A DNA stretch of 64,000 bases from Chrysomallon squamiferum (taxonomy: Eukaryota; Animalia; Mollusca). The position numbers and the translations under genes are program-made. The stretch covers positions 24,490,001-24,554,000 of the forward strand of contig CM022665.1 in the NCBI GenBank assembly GCA_012295275.1. Reading direction: 5' to 3'. The notes beneath the pieces were generated by a model. The model saw nothing but the letters and a program-made list of their open reading frames with translations. It was not told the DNA's origin and did no database searches. Every line of letters begins with the position of its first letter. Position 1 is the first letter of the stretch. Below are positions 55,861 through 62,714 of the stretch, piece by piece.

Positions 55861-58800
55861 GTAATAGTAATAGTAATAATTATAATAATAATAATAAACA
55901 TAAGGTGCTTGTACAGATGACTGAACCTTTTTTAAAGAGTATTTCTTATAACAAAACACAAAATTATAAATATTTACAAGTATATTTAACCACACACACA
56001 CAAACACGTAGTTAATTGATTTATGATTTTAAACTATGCCTTAGGTTTTCCAGGAAACTCAAATGTATCAAACATATAACAAAAAAATTCAAATATATAT
56101 ATTTCTGTAGCCTATTAAAGTTCACCTGTCCAAAGTTTAGCCTTGCCAACTGGTGTGCTCCCAAGGTGAATGCTGGTACGTATGCTACAAAGAATATGTA
56201 AAGCTCATTATCCAAATTAAAATGTGTGAACAATATTCAAATAAATTATGTTTTAAATACTTAATACAGTTATTTAAATATTAAAACTTGAAACTGTTTT
56301 TATTATGTTTGTTTTACCAGTATTAATACTTTAGGTTTAAATATCAAGGGTGAGTTTTAAGAAAGAAAGAAAATAAAAACATGAAAATTTAACCAACCCG
56401 TGTCAATATCTATTTCCCTGAATGCAATTTCCTGCCCCAAGTCATCCATCATCAATTCACCATTGTAAGAAAACGCTAAAATCACAAATTATATAAAATG
56501 AGTAGACAGTACATTTTTCATTGTAATTATTAACAATACTAACAATATTTTTTAAATTATTAAATAAAACATATAAGGATTATTAATCCTCAGTTTTAAA
56601 CATTTAATAAACTTACTCAATTTTCCAAAAATTAATGTAAATATATTGAATGCAATTACCAGGTTTAAAAATTAATGTTGCAGAATGACATTTTGTGCTT
56701 TTGTGTATAATTAATAAGGAGGAATGTACCACTTACAAACAGTTTTGTCATGCATGTCCAACATGCATCCAATTACATCTCCTGCTTTCCAGATCTTGCC
56801 ATATGATTCAGCTTCAAGATACCATTTCCTTCCCTATTTTTCAATATACAAGAAATGTTTTATATAAAATATGTTCTAAACAATGGAACAGAATGTGAAT
56901 TATAATAAATGAAAAAGGTTTTATGTGTGGTGAGATATATTTTCAAAAAAATTATAAGAATGACATTAACATTAAAAAATATATTTCAGTTAAACATATC
57001 TTCCAATGAAAAACAATTGTGGATCCTGAAAATGGAATATTAGTTTTTATTTAATTATTTTTATATTTATAGCATTATAAAAGACAAAATAATACCTTAC
57101 ATTAACTGTTTATTCTAGTGGTGTACCGTATATACTTGTGTATAAGTCGAATTTTTGGGAGACTATATTAAGGTAATATTTTGGGGGTCGACTTATACAT
57201 AGGTAATGCTTTTGTAGCTGTTGCTGAAGAGTCGCCATTTTGACTATTTTTTGCTACGGGATGCATCTAAAATAATCGTGGTCTTTCAGCTTTTCAAAAA
57301 TATAATTTTATCGTATAAAAAATTTTGAAAAATCAAAAAACAAAACCAAATATGAATGTAAAACATCATATTTTTCCGTTTAATGACATAAAAATACATT
57401 TTAAAGCGAGAAAACTGTCAGTACGGCGTTATGCCTTATGGCGTCTTGCAATGATTTAGGCTATAGCTCGTGTAATACATGCATTTACGTTATTATGGTA
57501 TGTTCGTGCAAGTTACAGCTCGTGCAAGTTATGTTACAGTAGGCGTACAATGTAGGCCTTCATGGCACTGTCACACTGGTCTAAAAATAGTGACGGTGCC
57601 TGGAATCTACAGTTGACTTATACACAAGTAATACCTAAAATGACACAATTTTTGGTCTTAAAATACACATCGACTTATACATAAGGTCGCCTTGTACACA
57701 AGTATATACGGTATTTTAATTTTTTTTTTTTTTTTTTTTGAATTATGGTACTAACCATCTGTCCATCAAATGTGTATGACATTCCATCCAGTCCTAGATC
57801 ATTGTCAGGATGAACATCTATCTTGGCCCAACCCACTTTCATAAAGCCTGGGGTGATCACTTCAAACTCATAGTACCTGTAACATTATAAATCATTTACT
57901 GCAATAAATTAAAACACAAATCAAAAACCAAAACCAAAAACAACAACAACAAACAAACAGCAATCACTAAAAATATTAAGAAAGAAAGAAAATAAATATA
58001 AAAATATAAGAATACTTTACAATAATAATTAATTAATTAAAAATATTAATTTCATAAAAAGGAAATAAACAAATAAATTGTATTAAGATTATTAACTAAA
58101 AATTAAACACAGAAAATTATAATAAATAAATAAATAAATAAATAAATAAAAAATAAACAAATAAGCTGTGTTCCAGTTAAAATAATTATTACATTTATAA
58201 AATAATATATCAGTTTATCTTTTTTTCATTAAGAATTAGTGGTATTTTTTAAATTATTTATAATTCTCACATTATACTATATTCTAAAAGGAAATCTCAA
58301 GATACTAAACAAATTTACCATTTTCCTGATGAGACAGCATATGTTCTTTCAGCTCTGTATGTTCTTGTTGTACTGGCTTTTGTGATTTCCATGGTAACTG
58401 CTTTCAAAGAATGAATGAATGAAATCAGAATGAAACCAGTGAATTTTCACTATTTTCAGAATATTTTACATCCTAAAACATTATTAGCAAAATAATAAAA
58501 ATAAATAAATATATAAATAAAATTATGTTGAAGTATAAAAAATCAAAATTTAAAAATTATATTGGTCACAAGTTAAAACATATATATATAAATGAAGTTC
58601 AAGTAACTAGTAAGGAAAAAGATGTCGTGAAAATATGGAGCTATAATAATTATAAAATTTAATGACCCAATTAGAAAAATGCAAATATATTTAACTACAA
58701 TAAGTTGTGAGCATAAAGATTATCTTTATAAAGTTGTTAATTTGATATTATATATATATATATATAAAATATGTTTTTTTCTAAAACACACACACACACA

Positions 58801-61800
58801 CGCTTCCAAAAAAAATAATCGTATATTATTTAGTATTATTTTTTAATATATAGACTTATCATGATTTCATTTCCAGTATTACAAATTTCATGTATCAAAT
58901 GTAAAAAGTATATAATCTATCTTTCATTTAATTATATGAAACCATATTGCATGTATGTACATTGATTTATAAAAACAAAACATTTCACAACTAGAGCTGA
59001 TAACTGTACAATTTAAAAATCTGAAATGCACAAGATTTGCAAAATATATATACACATTTATTTACCAGTTTTACATATACATAATAAAAAGCTGCCACCA
59101 AAAAAACAACAAAAAAACAACAACATACAAATTTTAAAATTAAATAATAATAATAATAATAACAACAATAACAACCGTAATCATAATAATAAACAAATAA
59201 AATAATAAATAAATATGTTAAACTGTTAGTAGTATTTGGATAGAAGATTTAAGCAGAAAGTTTGGTTGTTAGCATTGAGTTTACTAACAACTGTAACACA
59301 CAAATGTTAGAACATTTACCTTGCAGTAATTATAAATTAATATTACTAATTAGGGGCAGACCCAGGGTTCTATAAAAAGGGCATTATCTTTACAGTGGAT
59401 AAAATTTTAAGGAAGAATTGAGTTTCGTGTGTGAAAATTAGATGGTGGGGCATGCTAGGTGTAATACCCCAAATCAGCATATTCTGTTACAGCTGTGGTT
59501 CTTCTATCACAGGCTAGATACAGTAGCTGGTTTAAGGTATCTGCAGGAATTTAAATTAAATGCACATTATCAGATTTTTGGAGTGTTTATTTTGGGGGTG
59601 GTTTTGGGGTGGAGATATTGTTATCAGGATACGAAAAAATGTTTAAAAGTTAATAAAAAATCAAAGCAGTAGATTTAATTTGTTCAGTGTCCTTTTAAAA
59701 AAAAAAAAAAAAAAAAAAAACGAAAGAAAGAAAAGAAAATAGTATTTTTCTTTTGATGCAATGAAAGGAAGATGTTTTTCTTTTCTTTTTTTTACACAAC
59801 TAACATATAAAACTTTGAATTTTTGGATGAAATCTGAAACAAACATAACAAAAGTATTTATTTGTTTATTTGTTGTTTTTATTTAATTAACTTATTTACT
59901 GACATTTATTAAATTAATTTTCTTTATTATTATTTTAATAGGTTTTTTTATTGTGGGGGTAAATATTTTTGATTGCTTTTTATTTATTTTATTTTTATTA
60001 TAGTTTTGGCATTTATTTATTTAATTTACTTTTTTTAATTAATTAATTTATTTATTTTGCTGGGGGGAGTTCTTGTTCTGTTTTTGTTGTTTTTCTAATA
60101 ACTTTCATTTTTTTTTTTTATTAATTGTTACTAAAATCCAATTACCTGGTGCTAGGCCTAGTGATGTAAGTCTATCTTGCAACTTACTTCCTTTGGTATG
60201 CAAGAAATAGATAAGAAATCCAAATAATTAAACCGTAATGAAAAAAACAATCTGTTTTGCTGTAAATCAAAAACAGTTTAAAATTGTAATATATGTAAAG
60301 ACTTTTAAATATACCAGATGTATTAATATGTCATTAAATAAATTAGATACATGTATAATGTTTTCCCTGTTGTAATGTAATAATTTAAAAAATTTTAATA
60401 CATTTAAAAAAGAAAAAGAAAATGAAATTAGATTGAAATTAATGTCTCTTTTCTGTGGTTGTTTTTATTTTATTTTATATTTTATAATTATTATTATTCT
60501 TTTATACAACAAATGTTTAAAAGTATAATAATTACAAATTCTTAATTAATTTTTTAAAGTAAAGGTTCAGTTACAGAGAAGTGTTTTAAATTTTGATTAA
60601 GAAATAAATGAATTTATATTTGCTTAACTACACTTCAGTATAATCTTTTGCAATAACACCTACTTGTTATCAGCATTAAAAAAAAGAAGATCCATAGCTA
60701 CCAATCTGTAAAAATAGCCTGTGACATGGCATAGTCATATTTTTCTCTCTCACAAAACATTGTAAATTATGTGTGTTCATTCATTTGTCCACAAAATTAT
60801 TATTTCATGAAGTTTACCGTATATACTTGTGTACAAGGCGACCTTATGTATAAGTCGATGTGTATTTTAAGACCAAAAATTGCGTCATTTTAGGTATTAC
60901 TTGTGTATAAGTCGACTGTAGATTCCAGGCACCATCACTATTTTTAGACCAGTGTGACAGTGCCACGAAGGCCTACATTGTACACCTACTGTAACATAAC
61001 TTGCACGAGCTGTAACTTGCACGTGCAATTCAAAGTAAGATAATTTCGGAACCTCAGGAATATTTTTTTCTATCGAAACTCTGCTACAAGACACGCCCCC
61101 GATCCTATTCCTAGCGCGCTAATTGGCCGAGGCTTCGCGCACTTGGCAACCGACTAGAATAACAAATATGGCGAGAAGTTGAACTGATTTTTGTTGAAGA
61201 ACGTTTATAGAAATTTAGTTTGTTTTCGATTTGTCGGTAGTGGATATTAATGACGATTGCAATATTATTTCACCAAATTCTTTACAATTACACAAGTGAG
61301 TTTTGTTTATGAAATTAGGACCGATATTTAGTGCAATTTGGCAGAGAAGTTTGCATTCCTAGATCATTGCAAGACGCCGTAAGGCATAACGCCGTACTGA
61401 CGGTTTTCTCGCTTTAAAATGTATTTTTATGTCATTAAACGGAAGAATATCATGTTTTACATTCATATTTGGTTTTGTTATTTAATTTTTCAAAATTTTT
61501 TATACAATAAAATTATATTTTTGAAAAGCTGAAAGACCGCGATTATTTTAGATGCATCCCGTAGCAAAAAATAGTCAAAATGGCGACTCTTCAGCAACAG
61601 CTACAAAAGCATTACCTATGTATAAGTCGACCCCCAAAATATTACCTTAATATAGTCTCCCAAAAATTTGACTTATACACAAGTATATACGGTATACTGT
61701 CCCAAACGAGTTCATATTAATAATCAGCTCTAAAAATGATTATGTTAAATCTAAACAGACTGTTAGTCACTTTATCTAAATCTTGTTAGTCCATTTGGCT

Positions 61801-62682
61801 TTGCAGGAGAGAGGTTAAAGTGTTAGAAAAAGATATTGAAGCAAAGTCATGCACAAACCTGTCCTACCACTCTCCCCAGTTTCAGTAGTTGGGGGTTCCA
61901 GGGTGTATCCATAGGCTATCATGGTTCGAATAGCTTCACTTGCTGTATCTCTGAAAATACAAGAAAAAATATACTGTATAATATATGTCTGATTAAAAAT
62001 GTGTGTAATTTCTTGTTGGATCACTTTTAAAAAGATTTTGTAACAAAATGAAAACATCTAGGTTTCATCAAATTAAAACTTTCATAAGATAAAATCACTT
62101 AATGTACATGCTGTGTAGTGTATTATTTCTAAATGATATAACTGTAAAATTTGTAAAGTTTCTAACTTTTAAAAAATCATATCAAATATTAAAAAACTGA
62201 TACATTTATTATTAAAATGTCAATTATAAAATATTCTTCAGAAGAAATCCAGCAATAATTTATTTATAAAATTTTAAAATATTATTTATGGATCTAATTC
62301 ATTTAACATATAAATTATGTCTTTTAATTATATTTAATTAAATTTATATATTATGCACTGGTAAAAACCAAATGTATTAAAGTATTATTATTTATTATTT
62401 TAGGTGAGAGATTTTGTTTATATAAAAAATACATGATTTTGGTTGTTGTTTTTTAGGTTATTTGAAGAAATGTTACAATAACAAAATAGTGTTCAATAAA
62501 AATGTTTTATAACTATCAGTTTTAATGGTATTTAAATTACCTGTTGGCTTTCTTAATATGCTCAACCACTTTGTTGTAAGGGACGAGAAATGGACTTCTT
62601 TTGTGCTCTGGATCCTAAACATAAAATTTAAAAAATGTAAATAGCAGTCACTGAAATCATGAAATAACCCCAGTAATCTATT

Positions 62683-62714
<32 letters not shown>

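Noticed and set aside
56476-57755. Search for an insect-type mutually exclusive duplicate of the SPRY2 exon 56737-56833
   Set aside because: No second copy visible in either flanking intron; the upstream intron is mostly the MITE
59352-59560. AGGGGCAGACCCAG terminus-like motif and a CCTGCAG acceptor on the minus strand
   Set aside because: No matching opposite terminus or target duplication found; the exon reading has only weak donors before a TAG stop
57126-61692. Single large composite transposon or autonomous element spanning both MITEs
   Set aside because: Each copy has its own pair of TIRs and TA flanks, there is no transposase ORF, and the enclosed DNA is normal collinear RyR exon/intron sequence
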